DNA from: Clostridiales bacterium
GTDB lineage: Bacteria; Bacillota; Clostridia; Oscillospirales; CAG-272
Length of the DNA stretch: 64,000 nucleotides
Direction of reading: 5' to 3'
NCBI GenBank assembly: GCA_012840355.1
Contig: DULN01000002.1
Location: 19,037 to 83,036 of the forward strand
Position numbers and translations under genes: made by a program. The notes under the pieces were generated by a model that was not told the DNA's origin, ran no database searches, and saw only the letters and a program-made list of their open reading frames with translations. Below are positions 16,882 to 27,837 of this stretch, one piece after another; within the stretch, counting starts at the first letter, position 1; every line of letters begins with the position of its first letter.

Positions 16882-17760
16882 ATGGGTCAGAAGGTTAATC
16901 CGCACGGCCTCCGGGTCGGCATTATCAGAGACTGGGACTCCAGGTGGTATGTAAAAGACGCCGAGTTCGGCGACACACTGGTTTCCGACTATAAGGTGAG
17001 AAGATTTCTGAAGGAACAGCTGCATTCGGCAGGCGTTCCGAAGTTTGAAATAGAGCGCGATCCGCAGCGCGTCCGCGTGTTCATCCATTGCGCGAAACCC
17101 GGCATGGTAATCGGCCGCGGCGGCGCCGAGATCGAAAAGCTCAAAGCGACGCTTGAAGGCATGGTCGGCAAGCCCGTGTCGGTCAATGTTTACGAGATTA
17201 AAAGCCCCGATCTCAACGCGCAGCTTGTGGCGGAGAGCATCGCTTCGCAGATAGAGCGCCGCGTGTCGTTCCGCCGCGCGATGAAGCAGGCTATCAGCCG
17301 CACGATGAGACTGGGCGCAAAAGGTATAAAGGTAATGGTCTCGGGCCGTCTGAACGGCGCGGAAATTGCCCGTAGCGAGCATTACCATGAGGGCACCATA
17401 CCGCTTCAGACTCTGCGCGCCGACATCGACTACGGATTCTGGGAAGCCAGCACGACATACGGCAAAATCGGCGTGAAGGTATGGATTTATAAAGGCGAAG
17501 TATTGCAGGATACCGGCAAAAAGCGCCGCTTCGTCGAGACAATGCCACAGCAGCAGAAGCAGTCTGGTCGCGGCGGACGCCGCGGTTCGGGCCGTGGAGG
17601 CTATCAGGGCGGCAGCGCCCGCGCGGGCGGACGTGCCGGTGGCTCACCAAAGGGTCGCGGGCGTACAGGCGGCCAGGGCGGCCGTAATCAGGCTGCCGAT
17701 AGAGGCAATGCCCCGGCGCCCCAAACCAAGGATAATCCCCAAAAGGGAGGCGACGCATAA
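16882..17760 (+). CDS. rpsC: 30S ribosomal protein uS3 with Arg/Gly-rich C-terminal extension
   Basis: 292 aa. The uS3 KH and S3-C domains ([14 protein letters not shown]...) are followed by a ~80-aa RGG-rich tail. Confidence 0.97.
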   Translation: MGQKVNPHGLRVGIIRDWDSRWYVKDAEFGDTLVSDYKVRRFLKEQLHSAGVPKFEIERDPQRVRVFIHCAKPGMVIGRGGAEIEKLKATLEGMVGKPVSVNVYEIKSPDLNAQLVAESIASQIERRVSFRRAMKQAISRTMRLGAKGIKVMVSGRLNGAEIARSEHYHEGTIPLQTLRADIDYGFWEASTTYGKIGVKVWIYKGEVLQDTGKKRRFVETMPQQQKQSGRGGRRGSGRGGYQGGSARAGGRAGGSPKGRGRTGGQGGRNQAADRGNAPAPQTKDNPQKGGDA

Positions 17761-18197
17761 TGTTAATGCCTAAGAGAACAAAATACAGACGCGTGCAGCG
17801 CGGCCGCATGAAGGGCAAAGCGACGCGCGGGAATAAGATAGCGTACGGCGAGTATGGCCTGATGGCGCTTGAGCCCGCGTGGATCACCAGCAACCAGATA
17901 GAGGCGGCGCGTATCGCGATGACGCGCTATATAAAGCGCGGCGGCCAGGTTTGGGTTAAGATATTCCCCGACAAGCCGGTAACGGAGAAGCCCGCCGAAA
18001 CCCGAATGGGTTCCGGTAAAGGCTCGCCCGAGTACTGGGTCGCCGTCGTCAAGCCCGGCAGAATAATGTTTGAGATGGCCGGAATCTCTGAAGAGGACGC
18101 AAGAGAGGCTATGCGCCTTGCATCACATAAATTGCCGATTAAGTGCAAGTTTGTGAAGAAGGAAAGCATGGCGACCGGCACCGAAGAGGAGGTATAA
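17760..18197 (+). CDS. rplP: 50S ribosomal protein uL16
   Basis: 145 aa starting [11 protein letters not shown]. The start overlaps the rpsC stop (ATAATG). Confidence 0.97.
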   Translation: MLMPKRTKYRRVQRGRMKGKATRGNKIAYGEYGLMALEPAWITSNQIEAARIAMTRYIKRGGQVWVKIFPDKPVTEKPAETRMGSGKGSPEYWVAVVKPGRIMFEMAGISEEDAREAMRLASHKLPIKCKFVKKESMATGTEEEV

Positions 18198-18200
18198 GCT

Positions 18201-18392
18201 GTGAAAGCAAAAGAAATACGCGAGATGAGTCTCGCCGAACTCGACAGCAAGCTCAAAGAGCTGAAGTCCGAGCTGCTTAACCTCCGCTTTCAGCTTGCGA
18301 TAAATCAGCTTGACAACCCCCATAAGATAAAAGAAACCAAGCGTGATATCGCTCGAGTGATGACAGTCATTCGCGAGAAGAAGAACGCTTGA
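18201..18392 (+). CDS. rpmC: 50S ribosomal protein uL29
   Basis: 63 aa. GTG start. Canonical position. Confidence 0.95.
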   Translation: MKAKEIREMSLAELDSKLKELKSELLNLRFQLAINQLDNPHKIKETKRDIARVMTVIREKKNA

Positions 18393-18412
18393 CGGGAGGT
18401 ATAGGACAGTAA

Positions 18413-18685
18413 ATGGAAGAGAGAAAAGCCGAGTCCCGTCCGATGCGCAAGACTCGTGTCGGCAAGGTAGTAAGCAATAAAATGGACAAAACCGCCGTTG
18501 TGGCAATCACCGACCACGTCAAGCATAAAAAATACGGAAAAGTCATCAAGCGCACCGTCAAGATCCATGTGCACGACGAGAACAACGAGTGCAATGTTGG
18601 CGACACCGTTTATGTGATGGAAACCAGGCCGCTTTCGAAGACCAAGAGATGGCGCCTTGTCTCCATCATAGAAAAGGCCAAGTAA
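18413..18685 (+). CDS. rpsQ: 30S ribosomal protein uS17
   Basis: 90 aa. Canonical position, uS17 sequence. Confidence 0.96.
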   Translation: MEERKAESRPMRKTRVGKVVSNKMDKTAVVAITDHVKHKKYGKVIKRTVKIHVHDENNECNVGDTVYVMETRPLSKTKRWRLVSIIEKAK

Positions 18686-18697
18686 GGGGAGGACCAC

Positions 18698-19066
18698 ATG
18701 ATACAGCAACAGTCATACCTTAAGGTAGCCGACAATACCGGCGCCAAGGAACTGATGTGCATCCGCGTGCTTGGCGGCACCGGCAGGCGCTATGCGAATA
18801 TCGGCGATATAATCGTGGCGTCGGTTAAGAAGGCCGTCCCCGGCGGCCAGGTCAAAAAGGGTGATGTCGTGCGCGCGGTTATAGTTCGTACCAAGAAGGG
18901 CGTAAGGCGCCCCGACGGCTCGTATATAAAGTTTGACGACAACGCAGCCGTTATAATTGAGCCGGACCTAAATCCGAGCGGCACCCGTATTTTTGGACCG
19001 GTAGCAAGGGAACTCCGTGAGAAGAATTTTCTTAAAATTCTCTCACTGGCTCCCGAAGTACTGTAA
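18698..19066 (+). CDS. rplN: 50S ribosomal protein uL14
   Basis: 122 aa starting [18 protein letters not shown]. Confidence 0.98.
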   Translation: MIQQQSYLKVADNTGAKELMCIRVLGGTGRRYANIGDIIVASVKKAVPGGQVKKGDVVRAVIVRTKKGVRRPDGSYIKFDDNAAVIIEPDLNPSGTRIFGPVARELREKNFLKILSLAPEVL

Positions 19067-19088
19067 GTCGGGAGGCAATGAGTGAAAC

Positions 19089-19409
19089 ATGGCAAATAAA
19101 CTTCACATTCGCCGGGATGACGAAGTCATTGTCATCTCGGGAGATGATAAAGGAAAGCGTGGTAAGGTGCTCGAGGTTTCCCCTAAAGAGGGCAAGGTAA
19201 TCGTCCAGGGGGTAAATATCGTCAGCCGCCACCTCAGGCCCCGCAGGCAGGGTGAAGCCGGCGGTATAGTTAAGGTCGAAGCTCCTATGTATGCTTGCAA
19301 AGTGATGCTTTACTGCTCCAAGTGCAACAAGGGCGTTCGCGCCAAGGCCGGCACCAACTCCAAGGGCGAAAAAATCAGAGTCTGCGCCAAATGCGGCGCG
19401 GAGCTGTAA
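19089..19409 (+). CDS. rplX: 50S ribosomal protein uL24 (with C-terminal CxxC...CxxC)
   Basis: 106 aa with a KOW motif and a four-Cys cluster (YCSKCNKG...[10 protein letters not shown]). Confidence 0.96.
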   Translation: MANKLHIRRDDEVIVISGDDKGKRGKVLEVSPKEGKVIVQGVNIVSRHLRPRRQGEAGGIVKVEAPMYACKVMLYCSKCNKGVRAKAGTNSKGEKIRVCAKCGAEL

Positions 19410-19425
19410 GACGGAGGCGAAATTA

Positions 19426-19965
19426 ATGGCAAGGCTTAAGGAATATTACAAAAACGAAGTCGCCCCCGCACTTATGAAGCGTTTTGGTTACAAAAACGTA
19501 ATGCAGATTCCAAGACTTGAAAAAGTCGTGCTGAATGTCGGTGCAGGCGATGCTAAGGATAACCCCAAGGTTATAGACAACGTCATAAACGAACTTACTC
19601 TCATCGCCGGCCAGAAGGCTGTTCCGACCGTTGCGAAGAAGTCGATAGCGAACTTCAAGGTCCGTCAGGGTATGAAAATCGGCGTTAAGGTTACGCTTCG
19701 CGGCGAACGCATGTATGAGTTTATCGACAAGCTTTTCAACTTCGCGCTGCCCAAAGTCCGCGACTTTAAAGGTATTAACCCTAACGGATTCGACGGCAGG
19801 GGCAACTACTCGCTGGGGCTGAAAGAACAGCTGATATTCCCCGAAATCGATTATGATAAAGTGGAAAAGATCCGCGGGATGAACATTACATTTGTCACCA
19901 CGGCTCGCACTGACGAAGAGGCGAGAGAGCTTCTGTCCCTGCTGGGCGCACCCTTCGCAAAATAA
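19426..19965 (+). CDS. rplE: 50S ribosomal protein uL5
   Basis: 179 aa. Canonical position, uL5 sequence. Confidence 0.97.
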   Translation: MARLKEYYKNEVAPALMKRFGYKNVMQIPRLEKVVLNVGAGDAKDNPKVIDNVINELTLIAGQKAVPTVAKKSIANFKVRQGMKIGVKVTLRGERMYEFIDKLFNFALPKVRDFKGINPNGFDGRGNYSLGLKEQLIFPEIDYDKVEKIRGMNITFVTTARTDEEARELLSLLGAPFAK

Positions 19966-19979
19966 GGAGGAATAACCAA

Positions 19980-20165
19980 GTGGCCAGGAAAGCACTTATT
20001 ATAAAGCAGCAGCGTCCTCAGAAATATTCGACCCGTTATTATAACCGCTGCAAGATATGCGGACGTCCGCATGCATATCTGCGGAAATTCGGTATATGCC
20101 GTATCTGCTTCCGCAACCTTGCATATAGGGGCGAGATACCGGGCGTAAGAAAGGCGTCGTGGTGA
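19980..20165 (+). CDS. rpsN: 30S ribosomal protein uS14, zinc-binding type Z
   Basis: 61 aa with [22 protein letters not shown]. Confidence 0.96.
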   Translation: MARKALIIKQQRPQKYSTRYYNRCKICGRPHAYLRKFGICRICFRNLAYRGEIPGVRKASW

Positions 20166-20228
20166 GTGCTGCGAGGAGCGGCTAAAAGCCGCATAGCAGT
20201 AGCCACATAGAAGGAGGAGAATGGTACA

Positions 20229-20618
20229 ATGACAGACGTTATAGCGGATATGCTGACCCGGATCAGAAACGCGAACAACGCCAGGCACGAAACGGTCGAT
20301 ATCCCCGCGTCGAACGTGAAGAAGGCTATTGCCGACATCCTCGTCGCCGAAGGATATATAAAGGGTTACACCCTTATCGAGGACGGCAAGCAGGGCGTTA
20401 TCCGAATAACGCTTAAATATATAGGCAAACAGAAAGTTATCCAGGGGTTGCGCAGGGTTTCAAAGCCCGGCCTGCGCGTGTATACCAGCTGCGCGGATAT
20501 CCCCCGTGTAATGAACGGCCTGGGCATCGCGATTCTGTCTACCCCCAAAGGAATAATGACCGACGCTCGGGCACGCAAGGAGAACGTGGGCGGCGAAGTG
20601 CTCGCCTTCGTTTGGTAA
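20229..20618 (+). CDS. rpsH: 30S ribosomal protein uS8
   Basis: 129 aa starting [15 protein letters not shown]. Confidence 0.97.
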   Translation: MTDVIADMLTRIRNANNARHETVDIPASNVKKAIADILVAEGYIKGYTLIEDGKQGVIRITLKYIGKQKVIQGLRRVSKPGLRVYTSCADIPRVMNGLGIAILSTPKGIMTDARARKENVGGEVLAFVW

Positions 20619-20635
20619 GCGGGAGGAGATAGACT

Positions 20636-21175
20636 ATGTCCAGAATAGGTAACAAGCCGATCACAATACCGGCTGGTGTTGACGTGACGATCGGCGAAGG
20701 AAACTTTGTAACTGTCAAAGGGCCGCTGGGCACGCTGAGCCAGCAGCTCTCGCCGAAGATGAAAATAGAGAAGGAAGGCTCGACCATAAGGATCGTCACG
20801 CCTTCCCTTGAGAAAGAATACAATTCCCTTCATGGGCTCACCCGCACGCTGCTCAACAATATGGTTGTCGGCGTGACAGAGGGCTATGCAAAACAGCTTG
20901 AGATCGTCGGAGTCGGCTACCGCGCCGTGAAAAACGGCAAAACTCTGACGCTCTCGCTCGGATACTCGCATCCGATCGTTTTCGAGGAAGGGAACGGCAT
21001 CACTTTCGAGGTGCCCAACCCCAACACGATAATTGTAAAGGGAATTGATAAGCAGATAGTCGGCGAAATCGCCGCCCAAATCCGCCGCAAACGTCCGCCG
21101 GAACCCTACCTTGGTAAAGGTGTCAGATATGCCGGCGAGCACATTCGCCGTAAGTCGGGCAAGGCCGGTAAATAA
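20636..21175 (+). CDS. rplF: 50S ribosomal protein uL6
   Basis: 179 aa starting MSRIGNKPITIP. Confidence 0.97.
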   Translation: MSRIGNKPITIPAGVDVTIGEGNFVTVKGPLGTLSQQLSPKMKIEKEGSTIRIVTPSLEKEYNSLHGLTRTLLNNMVVGVTEGYAKQLEIVGVGYRAVKNGKTLTLSLGYSHPIVFEEGNGITFEVPNPNTIIVKGIDKQIVGEIAAQIRRKRPPEPYLGKGVRYAGEHIRRKSGKAGK

Positions 21176-21193
21176 GGAAAGGAGTAGAGCAGC

Positions 21194-21553
21194 ATGTTTA
21201 TCAGAGAAGACTCCAACGCCCGGCGCAAGAGAAGACACGCCCGGGTCAGGGCTAAGATATTCGGCACTCCGGAACGCCCGCGCCTTTGCGTTTACCGTTC
21301 CGCGAGGCATATCCAGGTCCAGATCATCGACGATACCAAAGGTGTTACTCTGGTTTCGGCATCAACATACGGAAATCAGTTCCCCGGATACGGCGGGAAC
21401 AAAGCCGCTGCGCGTGAGATTGGCAAACTCATTGCAAAGCGCGCGCTCGAAGCCGGCATAACCACCGTGGTATTCGACCGCGGAGGGTATCTCTACCACG
21501 GGCGCGTTAAAGAGCTCGCCGAAGGTGCCCGCGAGGGCGGACTTAAATTCTAA
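21194..21553 (+). CDS. rplR: 50S ribosomal protein uL18
   Basis: 119 aa. Canonical position, uL18 sequence. Confidence 0.96.
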   Translation: MFIREDSNARRKRRHARVRAKIFGTPERPRLCVYRSARHIQVQIIDDTKGVTLVSASTYGNQFPGYGGNKAAAREIGKLIAKRALEAGITTVVFDRGGYLYHGRVKELAEGAREGGLKF

Positions 21554-21608
21554 GCCTACCATGATATAATAAAAAACAAAAATTCCAAACAGTTTGAAAG
21601 GATTTCAA

Positions 21609-22136
21609 ATGGCAGAGAGAATAGACGCGTCGACGCTTGATCTTCAGGAAAAACTGGTATCGATCAATAGCGTTTCGAAAACCGTCAAGGGCGGTCGCAT
21701 TAAGCGGTTTACCGCCCTCATGGTAGTTGGCGATGGCAACGGCCATGTTGGCTATGGCCTTGGCAAAGCAAGCGAAGTCCCCGAAGCTATCCGCAAGGGA
21801 ATCGAGGACGCAAAGAAGAATATGATAAAAGTTTCCCTCCAGGGAAGCACCATTCCTCACGAAGTTGTCGGCGAGTTCGGTGCCGGAAGAGTCCTTCTGA
21901 AGCCAGCTTCCGAAGGTACGGGCATCATCGCCGGAGGCAGCGTTCGTAAGGTACTCGAGGTTGCGGGCATCCGCAACATACGTGCAAAATGCCTCCGTTC
22001 GACAAACCCCATCAACGTGGTTAAAGCTACTTTCGAGGGCCTGCGTGCTTTGCGTACGCCGGAGGAAGTCACGAGGATGAGGGGTATTTCTTCCCAGTCG
22101 GTGCGCGGCAAAACTGACAGTGCACCTACGGAATGA
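21609..22136 (+). CDS. rpsE: 30S ribosomal protein uS5
   Basis: I trimmed the start from ORF-track 21594 to ATG 21609 (SD AAAGGA). uS5 sequence ([23 protein letters not shown]). Confidence 0.96.
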   Translation: MAERIDASTLDLQEKLVSINSVSKTVKGGRIKRFTALMVVGDGNGHVGYGLGKASEVPEAIRKGIEDAKKNMIKVSLQGSTIPHEVVGEFGAGRVLLKPASEGTGIIAGGSVRKVLEVAGIRNIRAKCLRSTNPINVVKATFEGLRALRTPEEVTRMRGISSQSVRGKTDSAPTE

Positions 22137-22156
22137 GAAAGGCGGCATGACATACT

Positions 22157-22348
22157 ATGGCTAAATTGAAAATTACTCTGGTAAGGAGCCTTATCAAGGC
22201 GCTTCCCAAACAGAAGGCAAATGCAGAGGCGCTTGGGCTGCGTAAAATCGGAGATATAACGATCCAAAACGACGACGGTAGCACCTGGGGCAAGGTAAAG
22301 GTGTTGTCCCATCTTGTTAAAGTCGAACCTGTCTCCGACGAAAAGTAA
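22157..22348 (+). CDS. rpmD: 50S ribosomal protein uL30
   Basis: 63 aa. Canonical position. Confidence 0.95.
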   Translation: MAKLKITLVRSLIKALPKQKANAEALGLRKIGDITIQNDDGSTWGKVKVLSHLVKVEPVSDEK

Positions 22349-22366
22349 GGCTAAGGAGGAAACGGA

Positions 22367-22810
22367 ATGAAACTCCATGAACTTTCGCCGGCCCCCGGTT
22401 CCGTAAGGAAAGCGTGGCGCAAAGGCAGAGGCATCGGATCCGGCAACGGTAAAACCGCCGGCAGAGGTCATAAAGGCCAAAACGCTCGGTCGGGCGGCGG
22501 TGTTCGTGTCGGCTTTGAGGGCGGCCAGCTCCCGCTCTACAGAAGGCTTCCTAAGAGGGGCTTTAACAACAAGTTATTTAGAAAAGAATACGCAATTATA
22601 AATGTCGCAGCGCTTAACCGCTTTGAGGACGGCGCCGTCATTGATTATGACAAGCTGCTTGAGTGCGGGCTTGTTAAAAGGGCCAAAGACGGGCTTAAAG
22701 TTTTGGGTAACGGAGAGATAACAAGGAAATTGACGGTTCGCGCCTCGGTTTTCTCGGCGGCCGCCAAGGAGAAGATCGAAGCGGCGGGCGGTACCTGCGA
22801 GGTGATCTGA
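22367..22810 (+). CDS. rplO: 50S ribosomal protein uL15
   Basis: 147 aa starting [12 protein letters not shown]. Confidence 0.97.
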   Translation: MKLHELSPAPGSVRKAWRKGRGIGSGNGKTAGRGHKGQNARSGGGVRVGFEGGQLPLYRRLPKRGFNNKLFRKEYAIINVAALNRFEDGAVIDYDKLLECGLVKRAKDGLKVLGNGEITRKLTVRASVFSAAAKEKIEAAGGTCEVI

Positions 22811-24097
22811 GTGTTTAAAACATTCATCGATGCCTGGAAAATACCTGACCTACGCAAGAGGATGCTGTTTGTAATATTCATACTCATCCTCTATAGATTC
22901 GGCGCGGTCATACCAGTGCCGTTTATAAGCTCCGATATGCTCAACTATATGCTGAGCTTCTCGGAAGGCTCGATGTTCCAGTACCTGAACATCCTTTCCG
23001 GTCAGGCATTTTCCAGAGCGACACTGTTTGCCCTGTCTATAACCCCGTATATTAACGCATCGATTATAATGCAGCTTCTCACGGTCGCTATTCCGGCGCT
23101 TGAGAACCTGCAGAAATCGGGTGAGGAAGGCAGAAAGAAAATCACTCAGATCACCCGCTACGTCACCGTAGCGCTCGGTCTTATAACATCGTACGGCTAT
23201 TATATGTACATGCGCAATATGGGCGTTTTGACAAATTACGGCGTGTTCGCCGCGATTGTCATTATCGCTTGCTATTCCGCAGGTACTGCGCTTATAATGT
23301 GGATGGCTGAGAAAATCAACGAAAACGGTATTGGCAACGGTATCTCGATGATACTCTTTGCCAACATCGTTTCGGGCATGTTCTCCGTGATCGGAGGTTT
23401 TATTGACCTGGCAAGGCGTGGTGTTTGGGGCATAATCCTGAGCATCATTGCTGCGATTGGGTCGGTACTCATTGTCACGTTCGTTGTGTTTATCACCAAC
23501 AGCGAACGCCGGCTGCCCGTCCAGTATGCAAAACGCGTCGTGGGACGCAGGATGTACGGCGGTCAGAGCTCGAACCTGCCTTTGAAGCTCAACATGTCGG
23601 GAGTTATGCCGATAATCTTCGCAAACTCGATTGTCGCGCTCCCATCGACTATCGCGATTTTGTTCCCGGCGCCGAAAGAAGGCACCTTCTGGTATGGGTT
23701 CCTTGAGTTCTTCTCGTATAGGTCCTGGTTCTACGCATTGTTGTTCTTTGTCCTTATAATACTCTTCTCGTTCTTCTACACATCGATTTCATTCAACCCG
23801 GTCGAGATAGCGAATAACCTCAAGTCCAACGGTGGTTTTATCCCGGGCATCCGTCCCGGCAAGCCCACGGCGGACTATATTACCAAGATTTTGAACAGGA
23901 TAACCTTAATAGGCGCAATTTTCCTCGCCGTCATTGCAGTGCTGCCGCTCATCGTCAACCTGGCGTCGAATTTCGCGCTCGGCGCTATAGCGTTCAGCGG
24001 CTCGTCACTGCTGATAGTTGTGGGCGTCGTGCTTGAAACAGCGCGCGAGATCGAGGCACAGATGACATTGCGTCACTACAAAGGCTTTCTTGAATAA
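22811..24097 (+). CDS. secY: preprotein translocase subunit SecY
   Basis: 428 aa polytopic membrane protein. GTG start directly abutting the rplO stop. Canonical position. Confidence 0.97.
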   Translation: MFKTFIDAWKIPDLRKRMLFVIFILILYRFGAVIPVPFISSDMLNYMLSFSEGSMFQYLNILSGQAFSRATLFALSITPYINASIIMQLLTVAIPALENLQKSGEEGRKKITQITRYVTVALGLITSYGYYMYMRNMGVLTNYGVFAAIVIIACYSAGTALIMWMAEKINENGIGNGISMILFANIVSGMFSVIGGFIDLARRGVWGIILSIIAAIGSVLIVTFVVFITNSERRLPVQYAKRVVGRRMYGGQSSNLPLKLNMSGVMPIIFANSIVALPSTIAILFPAPKEGTFWYGFLEFFSYRSWFYALLFFVLIILFSFFYTSISFNPVEIANNLKSNGGFIPGIRPGKPTADYITKILNRITLIGAIFLAVIAVLPLIVNLASNFALGAIAFSGSSLLIVVGVVLETAREIEAQMTLRHYKGFLE

Positions 24098-24786
24098 TGG
24101 CAAGTGGTAATAATAAGATGAGGATTATATTTTTGGGCGCTCCGGGCGCGGGCAAAGGGACCCAGTCCGAGATTATCAGCGAAAAATTTGGGATTCCTGC
24201 GGTTTCGACCGGCGCAATAATCCGCGCCGCGATAAAAAACGGAACCGAGATGGGCAAGCTTGCGAAAGAATACGCGGATAAGGGCGCATTGGTACCCGAC
24301 GACGTGGTTATAGGCATTATCCGCGAGCGTTTGGAGCAGGAAGACTGCAAGAAAGGCGGATATATTCTTGACGGATTCCCCCGCACCGTTCCGCAGGCTG
24401 AAGCGCTTGACCAGATGGGAATCGAAATCGATGTGGTAATAAGCATCGAAGTTCCCGACGAAGAAATAGTCGAGCGTATGTCGGGCCGCAGGGTGTGCGA
24501 AAAATGCGGCGCGACATACCATGTTGTTTACAACCCCAGCGGGGACGGTTCCACATGCGACAAGTGCGGCGGTAATTTAACCGTCCGCCACGACGATACT
24601 CCAGAGGTTGTGCTCGACAGGCTGCGCGTATATCATGAGCAGACCGAGCCGCTTAAGGAGTATTATCGGAAGACCGGCAAGCTGAGGACAGTCCGTGGCC
24701 AGAAGGAGCTTGCGGACACGACCAAGCTTGTTATGGCCGTGCTTGCGGAAATCTTCCCCGAAGCAGCGGCACAAGACCGCGGCTGA
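24097..24786 (+). CDS. adk: adenylate kinase (zinc-lid type)
   Basis: P-loop GAPGAGKGTQ and lid cysteines CEKCGATYH...CDKCGG. ATG 24097 overlaps the secY stop. An alternative start at ATG 24118 (MRIIFLG) is possible. Confidence 0.95.
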   Translation: MASGNNKMRIIFLGAPGAGKGTQSEIISEKFGIPAVSTGAIIRAAIKNGTEMGKLAKEYADKGALVPDDVVIGIIRERLEQEDCKKGGYILDGFPRTVPQAEALDQMGIEIDVVISIEVPDEEIVERMSGRRVCEKCGATYHVVYNPSGDGSTCDKCGGNLTVRHDDTPEVVLDRLRVYHEQTEPLKEYYRKTGKLRTVRGQKELADTTKLVMAVLAEIFPEAAAQDRG

Positions 24787-24791
24787 TATTT

Positions 24792-25586
24792 ATGATACAA
24801 ATAAAAAACGCGGAGCAGCTAAAAACAATGCGAGCGGCCGGCAGGATAGCGGCGGAAGCGCTTGCTCTTGCCGGCGAAGCAGTGCGCGAAGGGATTACGA
24901 CCAAGCACCTTGACACGATAATTCGAGCGCACATCGAAAAGTGCGGCGCGACACCGTCGTTTCTGGGCTACTCAGGCTTCCCCGGCAGCGCCTGCATCTC
25001 CATCAATGATGAGGTTATACACGGGATACCGTCGGAGGAGCGCAGGCTGAAGGAAGGCGACATCGTCAAGATAGACGTCGGTGCGTATTATAAAGGTTTT
25101 CACGGCGACTGCGCGGCCACCTTTGGTGTCGGAAAGATATCGAAGGAGGCAGAGACGCTAATTACGGCTACGCGCGAAAGCTTTTTTCGCGGAATAGCGC
25201 AAGCAAAGCCGGGAAACCGCATCGGCGACATCGGATCGGCTATCGAAAGCTACCTTATAACTTTCGGTTTTAGCGTAATTCGCAAATATGTAGGTCACGG
25301 CGTGGGCGCCCAGCTCCACGAGGCCCCGGACGTGCCGAATTACGGTACTCCGGGCCGTGGCCCTAGGATTTTCGCCGGCCAGACCCTTGCGATTGAGCCA
25401 ATGGTAAGCGCCGGCGGGTACGAAGTTTACGAGGCCGATGACGGATGGACTGTTCGTACGGTCGACCACTCACTGACCGCTCACTACGAGCACTCCGTGG
25501 CAATAACCGAAGAGGGCGTAATTATACTCACTCGGCTGGGTGACGATATGGAGCCATATGACGGGAATGCGGACGGATTGCGATAA
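24792..25586 (+). CDS. map: type I methionine aminopeptidase
   Basis: 264 aa with MetAP metal-ligand blocks (DIVKIDVGA, YVGHGVG, LAIEPM). Confidence 0.95.
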   Translation: MIQIKNAEQLKTMRAAGRIAAEALALAGEAVREGITTKHLDTIIRAHIEKCGATPSFLGYSGFPGSACISINDEVIHGIPSEERRLKEGDIVKIDVGAYYKGFHGDCAATFGVGKISKEAETLITATRESFFRGIAQAKPGNRIGDIGSAIESYLITFGFSVIRKYVGHGVGAQLHEAPDVPNYGTPGRGPRIFAGQTLAIEPMVSAGGYEVYEADDGWTVRTVDHSLTAHYEHSVAITEEGVIILTRLGDDMEPYDGNADGLR

Positions 25587-25860
25587 GCGGCACGAGATCT
25601 CGCGGGGGGATTTTGTAATCTCGCTCGCGGGCCGCGATCAGGGCAGGATATTTATCGTTGCTGACGTATGCGGCGATGGATACGTTCTGCTTGTCGACGG
25701 AAAACTTCGCAAGGTTGATAAACCGAAACGAAAGAAACTAAAGCACGTCTCGTACGCAGGCGGACGCTGCTCGGTGGATACCTCTACGCTCACAAACCGG
25801 AAAGCGGCAGCCGAAATACGGCGGTTTAGCGAGTCCGGTTTGGCGCCAACCGTATCATAA
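25558..25860 (+). CDS. KOW-domain protein conserved between map and infA in Clostridia
   Basis: KOW-like segment GDFVISLAGRDQGRIFIVADV. The start is uncertain (25540, 25558 or 25567) and overlaps the map 3' end. Confidence 0.7.
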   Translation: MTGMRTDCDKRHEISRGDFVISLAGRDQGRIFIVADVCGDGYVLLVDGKLRKVDKPKRKKLKHVSYAGGRCSVDTSTLTNRKAAAEIRRFSESGLAPTVS

Positions 25861-25872
25861 ATATCAAAAGGA

Positions 25873-26100
25873 GTGATTTTTCTGCCCAAAAACGACGTAA
25901 TTGAATTTGAAGGCGTTGTGGTCGAATCGCTGCCGAATGCGACCTTTAAGGTCAAGCTGGAAAACGGACACATCGTAACGGCGCATATCTCCGGCAAACT
26001 CAGGATGAATTACATCTGGATTTTGCCCGGTGACCGCGTAACCGTCGAGGTATCGATTTATGACCTCTCCAAAGGGCGGATTACGTGGCGCTCAAAATAA
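25873..26100 (+). CDS. infA: translation initiation factor IF-1
   Basis: IF-1 S1-fold sequence ([41 protein letters not shown]). The ORF-track GTG 25873 lies inside the SD, so the real initiation codon may be CTG 25882 (see findings). Confidence 0.93.
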   Translation: MIFLPKNDVIEFEGVVVESLPNATFKVKLENGHIVTAHISGKLRMNYIWILPGDRVTVEVSIYDLSKGRITWRSK

Positions 26101-26146
26101 GCGTGGCGCACATAGCCAATTTAAAGTGGAAAGGTGAAGTGGAGAC

Positions 26147-26260
26147 ATGAAGGTAAGACCTTCCGTCAAGAAAATATGCGAGAAATGCAAGATCATCCGC
26201 CGCCACGGCGTTGTTAGGGTGATCTGCGAGAACCCGAAACATAAACAGAGACAGGGTTAA
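26147..26260 (+). CDS. rpmJ: 50S ribosomal protein bL36
   Basis: Not in the ORF track (37 aa). Hand translation gives [37 protein letters not shown], with SD GGTGAAGTGGAG upstream. Confidence 0.95.
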   Translation: MKVRPSVKKICEKCKIIRRHGVVRVICENPKHKQRQG

Positions 26261-26288
26261 TGAAACCGACAGGGGGATATAAAATAAT

Positions 26289-26657
26289 ATGGCTCGAATT
26301 TCCGGCGTAGATATACCCAATCAGAAGCGCATTGAGATCGCTCTGACCTATATCTACGGTATAGGCTTATCGACGGCCCGTAAGATCCTCGCGGCAACAG
26401 GCATAAACCCCGACACCCGCGCAAAGGATTTGACCGAGGATGAAATCGCGCGGCTGCGCGACGAGATTGACAAAAACTACCGTGTCGAAGGTGACCTTCG
26501 CCGCGACGTCGCTATGAATATTAAGCGGCTTGTCGATATCAACTGCTATCGTGGCATACGCCATCGCAAGGGCCTGCCCGTGCGCGGACAGCGTACCAGG
26601 ACCAACGCGAGGACGCGCAAAGGCCCGGCTAAGACCGTTGCCAACAAGAAGAAATAA
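26289..26657 (+). CDS. rpsM: 30S ribosomal protein uS13
   Basis: 122 aa starting [10 protein letters not shown]. Confidence 0.97.
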   Translation: MARISGVDIPNQKRIEIALTYIYGIGLSTARKILAATGINPDTRAKDLTEDEIARLRDEIDKNYRVEGDLRRDVAMNIKRLVDINCYRGIRHRKGLPVRGQRTRTNARTRKGPAKTVANKKK

Positions 26658-26709
26658 TTAGGAGATTTGGACAGATTGCAAAAGCAATAAGTCCAGAGAG
26701 GAAGAGTAA

Positions 26710-27105
26710 ATGGCAGCAAGTACAAAGAAGGTAATCAAAAAGCGCCGTGAGCGCAAGAATATCGAGCGCGGCCATGCCCACATCCGCGCCACCTTCAACA
26801 ACACAATCGTAACCATTACCGACGTATTTGGTAACGCAGTATCGTGGGCATCAGCGGGCAGCTTGGGCTACAAGGGCTCGAAGAAGTCGACCCCGTTTGC
26901 CGCTCAGATGGCTGCCGAGGCAGCTGCAAAAGCTGCTATGGAACATGGCATGAAAGTCGTCGAGGTGTACGTAAAAGGTCCGGGTGCAGGCCGTGAGTCG
27001 GCAATCCGCGCGCTGCAAGCCGCGGGTCTGAACATCGAGCTGATCCGTGACGTTACTCCAATTCCGCACAACGGCTGCCGCCCGCCGAAACGCAGACGCG
27101 TTTAA
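26710..27105 (+). CDS. rpsK: 30S ribosomal protein uS11
   Basis: 131 aa with the uS11 sequence ([15 protein letters not shown]). Confidence 0.97.
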   Translation: MAASTKKVIKKRRERKNIERGHAHIRATFNNTIVTITDVFGNAVSWASAGSLGYKGSKKSTPFAAQMAAEAAAKAAMEHGMKVVEVYVKGPGAGRESAIRALQAAGLNIELIRDVTPIPHNGCRPPKRRRV

Positions 27106-27141
27106 TTTCAGCCGCATTACAACAGGAGGAAAAATCAAAAC

Positions 27142-27768
27142 ATGGCAAGATATACAGGCCCCGTGTGCAAGCTGTGCCGCAGAGAGGGCACGAAGCTCTA
27201 CCTGAAGGGCGAACGCTGCCTTTCCGGCAAGTGCGCGATTGACCGCAGACCTACGCCTCCCGGCCAGCATGGAGTGTCACGCAGGCAGACTAAGGAGTAC
27301 GGCCTGCAGCTGCGCGAGAAGCAGAAAGTTAAGAGGTACTATGGCGTACTCGAGACCCAGTTCTGCAACTACTTCGAGAAAGCTTCGAAACTCGAAGGTA
27401 TGACGGGTCCGAACCTGCTTACTCTGCTTGAGCGTCGCCTTGACAACGTCGTTTACCGTATAGGTTTGGCGGAAAGCCGTAAGGAGGCACGCCAGCTTGT
27501 GCTACACGGCCATTTCAGAATAAACGGCAAGAAGGTAAACGTTCCTTCCCAGCTGGTTAAAGTCGGCGACGTTATAACGCTTGCCGAGAAGAGCCGTTCC
27601 AAAGAGAAATTCAAGACCCTCATCGACAAGCTTGACACGAGGATTTCGCCCAAATGGCTTGAGGTGGACCGCGAGCATATATCGGCGAAAGTGCTCGCGC
27701 TGCCGACCCGTGAAGATATTGACTTCCCGTTTGAGGAGCACCTGATTGTCGAGCTTTACTCCAAGTAA
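27142..27768 (+). CDS. rpsD: 30S ribosomal protein uS4
   Basis: 208 aa starting [16 protein letters not shown]. Confidence 0.97.
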   Translation: MARYTGPVCKLCRREGTKLYLKGERCLSGKCAIDRRPTPPGQHGVSRRQTKEYGLQLREKQKVKRYYGVLETQFCNYFEKASKLEGMTGPNLLTLLERRLDNVVYRIGLAESRKEARQLVLHGHFRINGKKVNVPSQLVKVGDVITLAEKSRSKEKFKTLIDKLDTRISPKWLEVDREHISAKVLALPTREDIDFPFEEHLIVELYSK

Positions 27769-27837
27769 TCCGGCCCGCATGCCGATATTCGGTAACTGAT
27801 TTGTGTTCCGGCTAAAAACAGGAGGGTTTATTTAATA

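Noticed and set aside
13666-21310. Long antisense ORFs inside the ribosomal operon (13666-14430, 15289-16071, 16879-17388, 17294-17893, 19423-19995, 20366-21310, all minus)
   Set aside because: They are fully antisense to highly conserved r-protein genes. They are Arg/Ala-rich, have no SD, and are high-GC frame artefacts.
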